Source: Candidatus Scalinduaceae bacterium (lineage in GTDB: Bacteria > Planctomycetota > Brocadiia > Brocadiales > Scalinduaceae). Taken from it: a DNA stretch of 63,034 nucleotides. The stretch's first letter is position 1; each line of letters begins with the position of its first letter. Where the stretch lies: assembly GCA_046759445.1 (NCBI GenBank), contig JBHICG010000013.1, forward strand, positions 1 through 63,034, given 5' to 3'. The translations under genes were made by a program, and so were the position numbers. Under the pieces are notes generated by a model. That model had not been told where the DNA came from, searched no databases, and saw only the letters and a list, made by a program, of their open reading frames with translations. Below are positions 9,104 to 18,640 of this stretch, piece by piece.

Positions 9104-12100
9104 CTATAAGATTGAGTTGAGGGGCATTGTTAACAGGGGGGGCGGCGGAGATTCACTCCTTCCCGCGTTATAATTCAGCGTCACTTCCTGGGCCGTTAAA
9201 GCTTTATCGTAAATGGCGACCAGATAAATCTTTCCAAGCCAGGGACGGTTCGCACTGTTTTCATTACCCAGAATCAATGGCCATGAGGTGTTCCACGTCG
9301 AGAAATCTCCGGCAACCGCCACGGTAGTTGACTGCAGTTGCCCGTCAAAGTAAACGTGTTTATTCTGACCGTCAAACGTAACCACGATGTGTCTCGGTGA
9401 TGTTGTGTCAAGAAATGCCCCGGGAACGGTTAATTGATCCCAGCCTGTGACGCTTGTGTGTGTACGAAAGCTTGCCCGAGTGTCTGACTGCCCAAGATGG
9501 GCATTTAGCTGACTGTCCGAAGTACCATTCGACAATGTAACTATTCTCGCAGGGCCTCCCTGGGTCATATTCAATGGCGTCACCCATGCCTCCATGCTCA
9601 ATTGATTTGCGGCCATGATACGGTTATAAAGCTTTGACGCATCGATGCTTTTGATGATACTGCTGCTTGTTATTTCAATCCCGTTTCTGCCCGTGAGCCA
9701 GTTAACCGCACCGCTTTGAACGGATAGATCGACAACCGGCGTTATGCCGCTGATATCTTTGATCAGGCTGCCAGTGCCCTCATTAAAATCGTATAAAGCC
9801 ACCAACCCATCTCCCACACGTGGTAAGAATGTGTAGGTCGCCTGTGTATTCGTGGCAATCACATTAGGAGTGCTAGCCCGATCCTGAATATTATTCACCG
9901 TTACAGTATAAGTAATCCCTTCGCTGTGCAAACTTGTAGTCAGAGTTACGGTTTTAAGGTCTGAACCTAATGATGCGCCTGATACGATAATTCCGTTGTC
10001 AATGCTATAGTTTGATGCATCTTCTGCGCTTGTCTGCTCCACCGGCTTGCTGAAGACAACTGTGACCTCAGTGGCATTGCCGCTTGCGCTGACTGAGGTT
10101 ATGGTGGGTGGAGTGGTATCTGCTAAAGTTGTCGCTGAAACAGACGCACTTCTTGCCGATTTCAATCCGGCGCCGTTGACCGCCAGCACCTCGTAGGTAT
10201 AAGTGGTGCCTTCACTAAGTCCTGTGTCTGAAAATGAGGTTGTAATGGATTGCCCTACATTAACGCCGTCTCTGTAAATAGTGTATTTGCTGATACCAGA
10301 TTCCGGGTCATCTGCTGCCTGCCAGGTAATATCAATCCGCGATTCGCTGACAGCGCTCGCGTTGAGACCTTGCGGTATGCCCGGAGCAGTATCGTCAGGC
10401 GGTGGCGGCGGTGTGGTCAAACAGGTAAAGCCATTAATTTCGGGATGGGCTGTGTCATCCGTACACGGCGCAACAGCCCCGGCAATCGCTATCCCGTATT
10501 TCTCCCAGTTTTCTTGGTTTGTGAGTCCTCCTTCAGGGGAACCCACAAGGTTTCCACCAGACAAAGGTACAATGAAACTTGGATGCTGTTGTTTATAAAA
10601 CACCTGAAAATTGTTGTTAAGAATTCCATTGTAATCTTCCACAAACACCTCATCGCGCTGGATCAGGTTGGCTGAGCCATTCTGCGAACTATAATCCATG
10701 GAAATATTATATGGAGTGCTGCCCAATTTCCAGCCTGTTATTAAACCAAATTTTACGTTCCTGATAATGAGCTTTTTGGGTAATCTTTGCTTTCCGTCAG
10801 GGCCGTTTCCTGGAGCACCGAGGGTTCTAACAGAAATATTAACCCGATTTCTGAGATAGGAATCTTCTATAATCGTGGTCGTACTTCCACGCGTTGCCGA
10901 TCCTCCGTAATAAGGATCGATAATGCCTGTGCTATATCCCTGGATGTCAGCGTTCCTTATAATGATATCCTGACCAAGATAATCGCCAAACCACATCCCT
11001 AGAGCAAATTCGTGAAGGTTGGAAAGGAAACTTTTATCCCCCCTGGCCACGAAACCATCAAAAGTAACGTTACTCATCGGATAGCCATAAAACCCATATT
11101 GGTAAATGTGCCATAACCGAAAATCCTTGACCACGCTTTCGCCGGCATTTTGAGCTTGATTGCCCCATGAGTTGAGATACCAGATAGTAAACCCTCTTCG
11201 TGAGCCATATACCTCATTGCCGGCAAATTCCAGGATAGGAATGGAATGTGGACTTTTGGCTGTATATTCCGCTTTCACCGTAGTATCTGCACCCTGAAAA
11301 TTTGGGATATTGACTGTTCCACCCAGAGGTGCAGCATTTTGTCCTACATAAATATTATATCCATAATTCGCTGTGACATTGGCCGCTACATTATCCCGGA
11401 CATAATTGTTCGGCCCCCTAAACCAGAATGCTGTGCCTTGACGAGGTGTCCCGCGAGAACCACTCCCATGCACGCGTACCACAAAGTTTTTTTCAAAAAC
11501 ATTTTTTGTTTCTGATGCATCAACTGTGGCTATACCTACACCGAAGATGTTATACACCACATTCTGGCTGATCAAACCATAATGGCTGTCATGAATGGTC
11601 ATGCCCCAGGCAAACGGATTATCCTGGCTGCCGCCGTCTATGGCATTGCCAACCACAGTGAACTGAAAACCATTGGCCGGACTGCTTACCGGGCCATACA
11701 GATGATGGGTATGAAACGCAAAACGCATATTTTGGTTTGAGCCGATATGTGTGACATTGCCGTTTGAATCAAATGTCGTGTTATCGACTGGATTATTCGT
11801 AGTACGTCCGAGATCTTTAAACTGCACATAACGAATGTCCACAGTTGAGCGGTTTCCAATCAGAGTGTGTCCTCTGGTGCCTTGCGGATTTTCTGAACGG
11901 ATTGTGATATTTCTCGTGAGATTCCCAACGTGGGGTAGAAATTCCAGGATATCATCCCCGTCTCTTGCCCCTAAATGGTCAAAGGCGAGCGGTGTCGTCA
12001 GAGTAATGGTCTGACCAGAGATGGCTTGCACGGTGAGTTCTTCCCACTCTTTAAAAAATGTAGCAGTACTTGAAGCTGATCCTTGCCTTGTTCCAGGCAG

Positions 12101-12220
12101 TATGATCCGGTCGCCGCTCTGCCAGCCGGAGGCAGCCTTCTCTAATATAAGAGTCGTATCCCCTGCTTTCGGCTCTGTACTCAGCCGCACAAAGGTGGGC
12201 GTTCTGAGTGCCCCATGCAT
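9104..12220 (-). CDS. Middle fragment of giant secreted protein: TMEM2/CEMIP-like parallel beta-helix, FN3, Ig-like, LamG
   Basis: VGNLTRNITIRS..GTRGH, HTHH, GMTIHDSH.GLI..NVVYN..G.GI.T.D.SE..N.FEKN, FWFRGPNNYVRDNVAA motifs. LamG: ALYDFNEG...HIVVTFDG...LVAIYDKALT. Confidence 0.8.
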   Translation of the reverse strand: MHGALRTPTFVRLSTEPKAGDTTLILEKAASGWQSGDRIILPGTRQGSASSTATFFKEWEELTVQAISGQTITLTTPLAFDHLGARDGDDILEFLPHVGNLTRNITIRSENPQGTRGHTLIGNRSTVDIRYVQFKDLGRTTNNPVDNTTFDSNGNVTHIGSNQNMRFAFHTHHLYGPVSSPANGFQFTVVGNAIDGGSQDNPFAWGMTIHDSHYGLISQNVVYNIFGVGIATVDASETKNVFEKNFVVRVHGSGSRGTPRQGTAFWFRGPNNYVRDNVAANVTANYGYNIYVGQNAAPLGGTVNIPNFQGADTTVKAEYTAKSPHSIPILEFAGNEVYGSRRGFTIWYLNSWGNQAQNAGESVVKDFRLWHIYQYGFYGYPMSNVTFDGFVARGDKSFLSNLHEFALGMWFGDYLGQDIIIRNADIQGYSTGIIDPYYGGSATRGSTTTIIEDSYLRNRVNISVRTLGAPGNGPDGKQRLPKKLIIRNVKFGLITGWKLGSTPYNISMDYSSQNGSANLIQRDEVFVEDYNGILNNNFQVFYKQQHPSFIVPLSGGNLVGSPEGGLTNQENWEKYGIAIAGAVAPCTDDTAHPEINGFTCLTTPPPPPDDTAPGIPQGLNASAVSESRIDITWQAADDPESGISKYTIYRDGVNVGQSITTSFSDTGLSEGTTYTYEVLAVNGAGLKSARSASVSATTLADTTPPTITSVSASGNATEVTVVFSKPVEQTSAEDASNYSIDNGIIVSGASLGSDLKTVTLTTSLHSEGITYTVTVNNIQDRASTPNVIATNTQATYTFLPRVGDGLVALYDFNEGTGSLIKDISGITPVVDLSVQSGAVNWLTGRNGIEITSSSIIKSIDASKLYNRIMAANQLSMEAWVTPLNMTQGGPARIVTLSNGTSDSQLNAHLGQSDTRASFRTHTSVTGWDQLTVPGAFLDTTSPRHIVVTFDGQNKHVYFDGQLQSTTVAVAGDFSTWNTSWPLILGNENSANRPWLGKIYLVAIYDKALTAQEVTLNYNAGRSESPPPPLLTMPLNSIL

Positions 12221-12300
12221 TCTAACGGTACCATCGATAGCCAGGAACCCTGTTCCATATTGCTGCGGATCAAAGACACCAACTCCATCATCAGAAGTAT

Positions 12301-12747
12301 CTACAGGCTGATAGCAATAATGATCTCTGCCGTTACCTGTGACTGAATCGGGCTCTGCTCGGTTCCTACTTCAAGTGTTCCTCCGGGCATTACAAGTAGT
12401 GTACCTACCTTTAATCTCGTATTAGTATCGTTTTTGAATTTGAGAATTCCACCAACGTCGATCCCAATAGTCTTTGCTTCTCCCGATGTATTTCCATAAG
12501 TAACCATATGATTAATGAGAATCACGTCTCCTGCAGCAGGAAGCCGTGCCGGGGACCAGGTATTCGGGTCAGACCATAAGCCATTTTGAGCGCTCAGGAT
12601 GGTTGGAAACTGTGCAAAATTAGGAATCTTACCATGAGAAGTTATTAAATGAGGTTGATTTTGTGCAAAAGCGCTTTGTAAATTATATATAAAAGTAAAT
12701 GACAAAATTATGCTAATTATAAAAATTTGTTTAAAATACTTCTTCAT
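12301..12747 (-). CDS. N-terminal fragment of giant secreted protein: signal peptide plus G8 domain
   Basis: Signal peptide ending SAFA-Q. G8 motif SAQNGLWSDPNTWSPARLPAAGDVILI...GGTLEVGTEQSPI. RBS GAGGAG upstream. Frameshift near 12313 joins it to the next fragment. Confidence 0.85.
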   Translation of the reverse strand: MKKYFKQIFIISIILSFTFIYNLQSAFAQNQPHLITSHGKIPNFAQFPTILSAQNGLWSDPNTWSPARLPAAGDVILINHMVTYGNTSGEAKTIGIDVGGILKFKNDTNTRLKVGTLLVMPGGTLEVGTEQSPIQSQVTAEIIIAISL

Positions 12748-12917
12748 TACTTGCTCCTCTCAAATACTTGGTTTTACATAATTGTTAGAAAAGCATAAAA
12801 TAGTATTACTATTTTATTTTTTTTTTGAAGCTGAGTATTTGCTCCCTCAAAAACAATGCCAATATATCTTATTACGACTATGGCTCTGAAGATTTAGTTA
12901 CTTCGTCTGACTCCTTT

Positions 12918-12969
12918 TAGCCACACAGAGCACGTAGAGAACACAGAGGATTAATTTTCTCTGTGGCTA
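12918..12969. repeat. Inverted repeat with CACAGAG-type periodic units
   Basis: TAGCCACACAGAGCACGTAGAGAACACAGAG...CTCTGTGGCTA. Confidence 0.55.
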
Positions 12970-13043
12970 GAATTTTATATTCCTGTTCTAAAAACAAACA
13001 ATCTAATTCACTATAGGACAATTCAATAGAAATTACTCAAAAA

Positions 13044-13160
13044 TCACTTCCTCTCAAAAGCTACCCATCCTTTCGAACAGGTACAGAAGCCTATCATCGC
13101 TCCTGTTAACGCCCCGAGTACATCGGTAATATCAGGATTCACAGGAATGATGTAGATGAG
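13044..13160 (-). pseudogene. Possible VanZ-like C-terminal remnant
   Basis: Reads IYIIPVNPDITDVLGALTGAMIGF...*, resembling the VanZ C-terminal DxxDV motif. No intact 5' part. Confidence 0.3.
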
Positions 13161-13266
13161 TTATGGTTTGATGTATACTAAGTATAAAATGGTGCGGCAT
13201 AGACGTAACCAAAAGTAGGTAGTTTACAGTAGGCAGTATGCAAACTTTAGCGCTTTAAGAATCTTA

Positions 13267-13303
13267 TTGACATAGGTGGCTACTAACAGATATAACGTGG
13301 CTA
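13267..13303 (+). promoter_or_regulatory. sigma70-type promoter with GTGGCTA direct repeat (putative TA operator)
   Basis: TTGACA (13267) - 18 bp - TATAAC (13291). GTGGCTA at 13276 and 13297. ATG at 13303 suggests a leaderless transcript. Confidence 0.55.
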
Positions 13304-13573
13304 TGATTGCAGTCGGTATTAAAGATTTAAAAAATAAATTAAATTACTATCTTCACAAGATAAAGAAAGGCGAAAAGATTGTAATTACTGAAAGAGAGAA
13401 GGCAATAGCCACCATTGTTCCTGTAGAAAGGGTGGAGGAGGATTCCAAACTGCTTTCCCTTGTTAAAGAGGGTTTTTACCACATGAAAAGGTAGTAAACC
13501 AATGGGGAGTAAACAATCTGCCAAAATCAAAGAAAAAACCATCTCAGAAATCGTTATTGAAGATAGAAGATGA
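13303..13573 (+). pseudogene. Phd/YefM antitoxin, frameshifted, followed by a stub of a PIN/VapC toxin start
   Basis: MIAVGIKDLKNKLNYYLHKIKKGEKIVITER.K.IATIVP is typical of Phd. The natural C-terminus KGSKP..TISEIVIEDRR* is in another frame after a T5 run (~13473). Overlapping ATGA opens MIVY and then decays. Confidence 0.75.
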
Positions 13574-13710
13574 TTGTTTATATTTTTCAAGTAATAACAA
13601 TAAACTGAATCAATCCGCGGAAAAAGAAGGAATCATCGTTTTGTAAAGTTTTCAATAAATAAGTCCCCAATGTCTATTTCTGGTGAATACCAAAAATCCA
13701 GTTTCTTTAA

Positions 13711-14901
13711 ATGGCAAAAAATAATGGTAAATTATTCTCGATACAAATAGTCTTATTAACGTTTGCCCACCTATTTAATGATTTTTACGCTGGTTTTTTA
13801 GTACCCCTTTTATCATACTTTAAGGAATATCTCCATTTAACAATAACTCAGGCGTCTCTACTACCTACGGTATTGGCTGTATTTGGTTCGATTTTGCAAC
13901 CGGTATGTGGATATTTTGGTGATAGGTTTAGTAGAAAAACGTTTATTGTAATTGGAGTTTTATGTTCTGCAATATTTATGAGCAGTATTTGCTTTGCGCC
14001 AAATTTCATTATCCTGGTTTTAATGCTCATAATCGGGTCTTCAGGTGTTGCTGCCTTTCACCCTAATGGCGCTGCAACGGTAGCAAGTCTATGTGATGTC
14101 AAATCCACATTTATGATGTCTGTTTTCCTTATGGCTGGAGGCATCGGGTTGGCGGGGGCTCCATTTATTATTGCATTGGTTGCCTCAGAATACGGCATTG
14201 GAAAGTTGTGGCTTGCCTCAATACCTGGAATAATATTAGCGATAATGTTGATTAATATCTTGTCTGGAGACTCCAAGACTGAAAGTAAGGTAAATCTGTC
14301 AGGTTTGAAAGTGCTTTTTGTTAGATATTCATGGCCGTTGTGGATTATGTTTCTAATAATGTTTCTTAGGTCAATCGTCATTACGAGTTTTATGTGTTTC
14401 ATGTCAATACTCTTTGCAGAAAGAGAACTCTCAATGCAGAAGAGTGGGATTGCAATATCTGTTTTCCTAATTAGCGGTACTATTGGCGGTTTGATAGGCG
14501 GATATCTTGCGGACAACATTAATAGGAAAATAGTAATAACGACTTCCTCAATCCTGGCATGTCCGTTACTTGTATGGTTTCTAAATGAAAGTGCGGATTA
14601 TTCTATGGTATTACTTGGCTTAAGCGGTATGATTTTATTTGCAGCCTCTGCCGTTAATGTCATAATAGTCCAAGAACTTTGCCCGAAAATGGCCAGCGCT
14701 GTCTCAGGGATTGCGATGGGCCTTGTCTGGGGCACTGCCGGGCTTATGCTTCCCATAATTGGTAACGTTGCAGATAAGTATAGTATGAAAATATCGTTAG
14801 AAATTGTAGCATATTTAGCGCCATTAGCAGGGTTGTTGGTCTTTTTGCTACCGAATATTAATTATCCAACTCAACAACTGGGGGAACAGGCAGTAAGGTG
14901 A
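13711..14901 (+). CDS. MFS transporter (Fsr-like)
   Basis: AHLFNDFY, QPVCGYFGDRF, AAFHP motifs; about 12 TM helices. Confidence 0.9.
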   Translation: MAKNNGKLFSIQIVLLTFAHLFNDFYAGFLVPLLSYFKEYLHLTITQASLLPTVLAVFGSILQPVCGYFGDRFSRKTFIVIGVLCSAIFMSSICFAPNFIILVLMLIIGSSGVAAFHPNGAATVASLCDVKSTFMMSVFLMAGGIGLAGAPFIIALVASEYGIGKLWLASIPGIILAIMLINILSGDSKTESKVNLSGLKVLFVRYSWPLWIMFLIMFLRSIVITSFMCFMSILFAERELSMQKSGIAISVFLISGTIGGLIGGYLADNINRKIVITTSSILACPLLVWFLNESADYSMVLLGLSGMILFAASAVNVIIVQELCPKMASAVSGIAMGLVWGTAGLMLPIIGNVADKYSMKISLEIVAYLAPLAGLLVFLLPNINYPTQQLGEQAVR

Positions 14902-14956
14902 TAGGTGGTAGGGAAAAGGGCATAGGGATGTAATGAATGAGGTTAGGCTTTTAGTT

Positions 14957-15356
14957 TGAAATCCGAAAATCGAAACACGAAACAAATTTACCCCGTGAAA
15001 TAGGAGATGTAAAGAGTACAAAAAAACTATATCTACCCCTTATTTTACCGATTTCGTCTTGTGAAATAACACAGTTATATTTCACAGGGTGAAAATGACC
15101 AAACAGAAAAATTCAAAACAGTATGATCTGGAAGATTTTACTCGTTCCCACGCAGAGCATGGGAACGAGTAAAATTAGCAGGGTTGCTGGTCTTTCTATT
15201 ACCGAGGGAATTATCCCATTTCAGATTGACTGAACGAAGTCAGGTGGGTTACTAATTTAGGTTAAACCATTTTTGTTATTACCTAACAATGTCATTCCCG
15301 TGCAGACGGGAATCGAGGAATTATCATCATAGATTCCTGCTTTCGCAGGAATGACA
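14957..15356. repeat. Composite of nested micro-elements: heptamer run, CCCCGT-TIR MITE (14990-15090), four-helix-bundle gene stub (15095-15136), 16-bp perfect palindrome (15135-15175), displaced MFS 3' end, GTCATTCC REP pair (15290-15356)
   Basis: ACCCCGTGAAATA/TATTTCACAGGGT; stub MTKQKNSKQYDLED; ATTTTACTCGTTCCCA/TGGGAACGAGTAAAAT; TGTCATTCCCG..CGGGAATC..GATTCCTGC..GCAGGAATGACA. Confidence 0.75.
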
Positions 15357-15384
15357 ATAATAGTTACTTGGGTTATCAAATATT

Positions 15385-17100
15385 ATGGATATTTTTATCA
15401 AAAACATAATCTCTTTACTAAAAAAGGAAATGCCACTGTCTGATGAAGAAATAGAAGCCTTGTTAGAGATTCCTCCAGATATAAAGATGGGTGATTATGC
15501 ATTTCCTTGTTTTTCTGTTGCAAAACAATTAAGAAAAGACCCAAAAAAAATTGCATCTGAACTATCTCAAAAACTTGTCCCTAATAACATAATAATTCGC
15601 TCATATGCACATGGACCATATCTGAATTTTTATGTCAGCAAAAATATGCTTTTCAGGACAGTCTTAGAGGGGATTCTTAGTGAAGGAGATTCCTATGGAG
15701 CTTCTGATTTGGGTGAGGGTAAAATGGTTGTTATAGATTACTCTTCCCCAAATATCGCAAAGCATCTGGCAGTTCATCATCTTCGTTCAGCCGTTATTGG
15801 AAATGCGATTTATAATCTTTACAAGGCATTGGGATACAAGTGCATCGGCATAAACCACCTGGGAGATTGGGGGACGCAATTTGGACAATTAATCGTTGCC
15901 TTTAAGAAATGGGGTTTAAAATCAAAGGTACAGAATTCGACAAAAGAAACAGACCTCGATATCAGTAAACTTAATGAGCTGTATGTTAGGTTTCATAAAG
16001 AAACAAAGGATAATCCCTCTCTAGAGGATGAAGCCAGGGATTGGTTTAAAAAATTGGAGGAAGGGGATAAAGAAGCAAGAAAAATATGGCAGTATTTTAA
16101 AGAGATAAGTCTGGCAGAATTTGAGAGAGTATACAAAAGATTGGGCGTAAGTTTTGATTCATTCGCTGGCGAAAGCTTTTATAACAACATGCTCGATGAC
16201 ACAATTAAGAGAATCAAAGATGCTGGCTTGACCGAAATAAGTGAAGAAGCCTTGATCGTAAACCTGGACAAATTCGACATGCCGCCATGCATACTGCGAA
16301 AAAAGGATGAGGCAAGTTTGTATGCTACTCGAGACATATGTGCGGCCGAATATAGAAAACGAGAATACAATTTTGATAAAATGGTTTACGTTGTCGGTTC
16401 GGAACAGAGGTTGCATTTTAGACAGTTCTTCAAGGTCCTGGAAGGCATGGGATACGAATGGGTAAAGGATTGCGTACACGTGGACTTTGGATTGGTTAAG
16501 TTTAAACACGGCAAGATGTCAACGAGGGAGGGAAAGGTTATATTATTAGAAGATTTGTTAGAAGAGTCGTGTAAAATTGCTAAGGAGATAATGGAGGAGA
16601 AAAATCCTGAATTAGAGAACAAGGCAGAAGTGGCAAATGAAGTGGGCATTGGGGCCATAATCTTTTCCGAGCTGAGCACAAAAAGGGTTAAGGATGTCTT
16701 ATTCGATTGGGACGTGATCCTTAACTTCGATGGAGAAACAGGCCCTTACGTACAATATACACATGCCAGGTTGTGCAGTGTCTTAAGAAAGTATGGTGAA
16801 AAAGTTACAACCGATATAGATTACGATATATTAAAAGAAGATGATGAATTACTATTAGTCAAACGACTCGAGTCATTCCCACTCACCATATTGCGTGCTG
16901 CAAACAACTACGAACCTTCCATACTAAGTAAACATCTGCTTGACCTGTGTAGTACGTTTAATCGATACTACCAGCATCACAGGATTCTTATTGACGATGC
17001 GGAATTGAAAAAGGCAAGAATTCTATTAGTTGATTCAATCAGGCAGGTCATAAAAAACGGACTGAGCATTCTCGGACTCAAATCACCTGAGAGGATGTGA
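15385..17100 (+). CDS. argS: Arginine--tRNA ligase
   Basis: DYSSPNIAKHLAVHHLRS (HIGH-like), GDWGTQFG, KMSTREG, GETGPYVQYTHAR, C-terminal PERM. Confidence 0.97.
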   Translation: MDIFIKNIISLLKKEMPLSDEEIEALLEIPPDIKMGDYAFPCFSVAKQLRKDPKKIASELSQKLVPNNIIIRSYAHGPYLNFYVSKNMLFRTVLEGILSEGDSYGASDLGEGKMVVIDYSSPNIAKHLAVHHLRSAVIGNAIYNLYKALGYKCIGINHLGDWGTQFGQLIVAFKKWGLKSKVQNSTKETDLDISKLNELYVRFHKETKDNPSLEDEARDWFKKLEEGDKEARKIWQYFKEISLAEFERVYKRLGVSFDSFAGESFYNNMLDDTIKRIKDAGLTEISEEALIVNLDKFDMPPCILRKKDEASLYATRDICAAEYRKREYNFDKMVYVVGSEQRLHFRQFFKVLEGMGYEWVKDCVHVDFGLVKFKHGKMSTREGKVILLEDLLEESCKIAKEIMEEKNPELENKAEVANEVGIGAIIFSELSTKRVKDVLFDWDVILNFDGETGPYVQYTHARLCSVLRKYGEKVTTDIDYDILKEDDELLLVKRLESFPLTILRAANNYEPSILSKHLLDLCSTFNRYYQHHRILIDDAELKKARILLVDSIRQVIKNGLSILGLKSPERM

Positions 17101-17263
17101 TATTTACTCGACAACCTATATGAACGATGTTCGGTGTGTGTCATTCATTTAGGGAAGTGCAGTTTTAGAATATGTATAAGCAGTTTTGGCAAGTCACTTT
17201 ATACTGGATATTCGGTGAATTGGTCGGGTAATAATATTTGCTATTCTTTCGAGTGCTGTATCA

Positions 17264-18640
17264 TCATTTCGCTATGAAATCGTGCTGGTTTGCCTGGTAC
17301 CATCTCCGCCAAGCTTCGATATCCTTGCCGAAGTCCTGAATGGTAATGAACTTCAAGCTGTCAAGTACAGTCTTAGCCACAGACTCATCAGGGTCGATGG
17401 CTACCTCAATGAGAGCGGCAACTGTTTTTCTACGATCGTACTTTTCGCTCGTCATGTTGCCAAGGGCGTATGCAGCCTCCTTACGCACAAGTTTGCTGTT
17501 GTCTTTCATCAATGTTTCAACGAGCTTCTCAGAGAGCTTCTCGAAGTTCCCCCTGTATCTGACGAAGTACTCTTCATGCTTGCCAGGGAGTACAATAAAT
17601 TCTCCTGCAGATGCACAGGCTGCGGAACGTATCATCTCTGCTTCTTCATTATCTTTGTACTTATCGAAGACCTTTAGAAGAAGCCCCATGAGGTTCGGAT
17701 TACCAGTTCTGCCAATAGCGCCAACAGCAGCGAAGGTAACCTGGCGGTCACTGTTACTCTTTATTATCCTCTCCAGCGTATTTGCCAGGGTAGGTATCTT
17801 GGACCCACTCTTTACGGCGAACGTCAGCAGGTTTATAAGATCAATGCGGAGGTCTTTATTTCTCTGATCGCTATCTATGATATGGAGGAGGTCTCTGGCT
17901 TTCACTGAACCAATTTTGAGGTTACTTTGAATTATCTGATTCTTGATGGACTTGATAGCTGGCCTGCGGATATACAAGTCATTGGTAACCACATCTTTCC
18001 AAATGCGAGTGCTCAAGTCCCAGTTCCACAGGTTGAGTGTTTCCATAATGGCCTTAGTGAGAATGGTATCGTTTGCGTCGAGCTGCTTTTCGAGGTAATA
18101 TCCAACCGCCCCTCGTTCGCTGAAATCTCTTTGCATGAGAGGGTCGGTTACGATTTTTTTTCGCTTTTCAGTTTTCACACCACCATGGCCCCATGTACTT
18201 CCTTTATATTTGGCGCCGGTATCTTTTGACATGAGAGGGCCGATTACGACTATGGCCTTTGCTCTTACTACCGAATTCATATTTTCATTCTTAATAGTTT
18301 TAACGATTAGGTCGATGATTTTAAGCTTATCAAATTCAGAGGCATCACTTCCTTGGACTCCCAGTGCGTTAACCACTGCCTGTTGCACATGCGGAGAATC
18401 ATCCTCCTTAAGAACCTTAGTAAAAGGCACCCATGCATCGTAGGCAATAAGGTCTTCAGTCTTAAACTTAGCCAGAACCCCGGCAGCCTCAACTCGTTCA
18501 CGACTGGTTCCGCCGATGAAGATCGTAATTGCCTCCTTGATCTTCTCTCCCACATTCACCTCTTCTTCAGTCGCTATTGCGCTGGGCGTGAAGATCATAA
18601 GCACAATCCCGATTATGAGTGCCAGACACCTGATGGACAT
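17264..18640 (-). CDS. Exported HEAT/PBS-lyase-like repeat protein
   Basis: Signal peptide. Repeats such as DDSPHVQQAVVNALG, VRAKAIVVIG, DNSKLVRKEAAYALG. C-terminal QDFGKDIEAWRRW. RBS AGGAG. Confidence 0.8.
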   Translation of the reverse strand: MSIRCLALIIGIVLMIFTPSAIATEEEVNVGEKIKEAITIFIGGTSRERVEAAGVLAKFKTEDLIAYDAWVPFTKVLKEDDSPHVQQAVVNALGVQGSDASEFDKLKIIDLIVKTIKNENMNSVVRAKAIVVIGPLMSKDTGAKYKGSTWGHGGVKTEKRKKIVTDPLMQRDFSERGAVGYYLEKQLDANDTILTKAIMETLNLWNWDLSTRIWKDVVTNDLYIRRPAIKSIKNQIIQSNLKIGSVKARDLLHIIDSDQRNKDLRIDLINLLTFAVKSGSKIPTLANTLERIIKSNSDRQVTFAAVGAIGRTGNPNLMGLLLKVFDKYKDNEEAEMIRSAACASAGEFIVLPGKHEEYFVRYRGNFEKLSEKLVETLMKDNSKLVRKEAAYALGNMTSEKYDRRKTVAALIEVAIDPDESVAKTVLDSLKFITIQDFGKDIEAWRRWYQANQHDFIAK

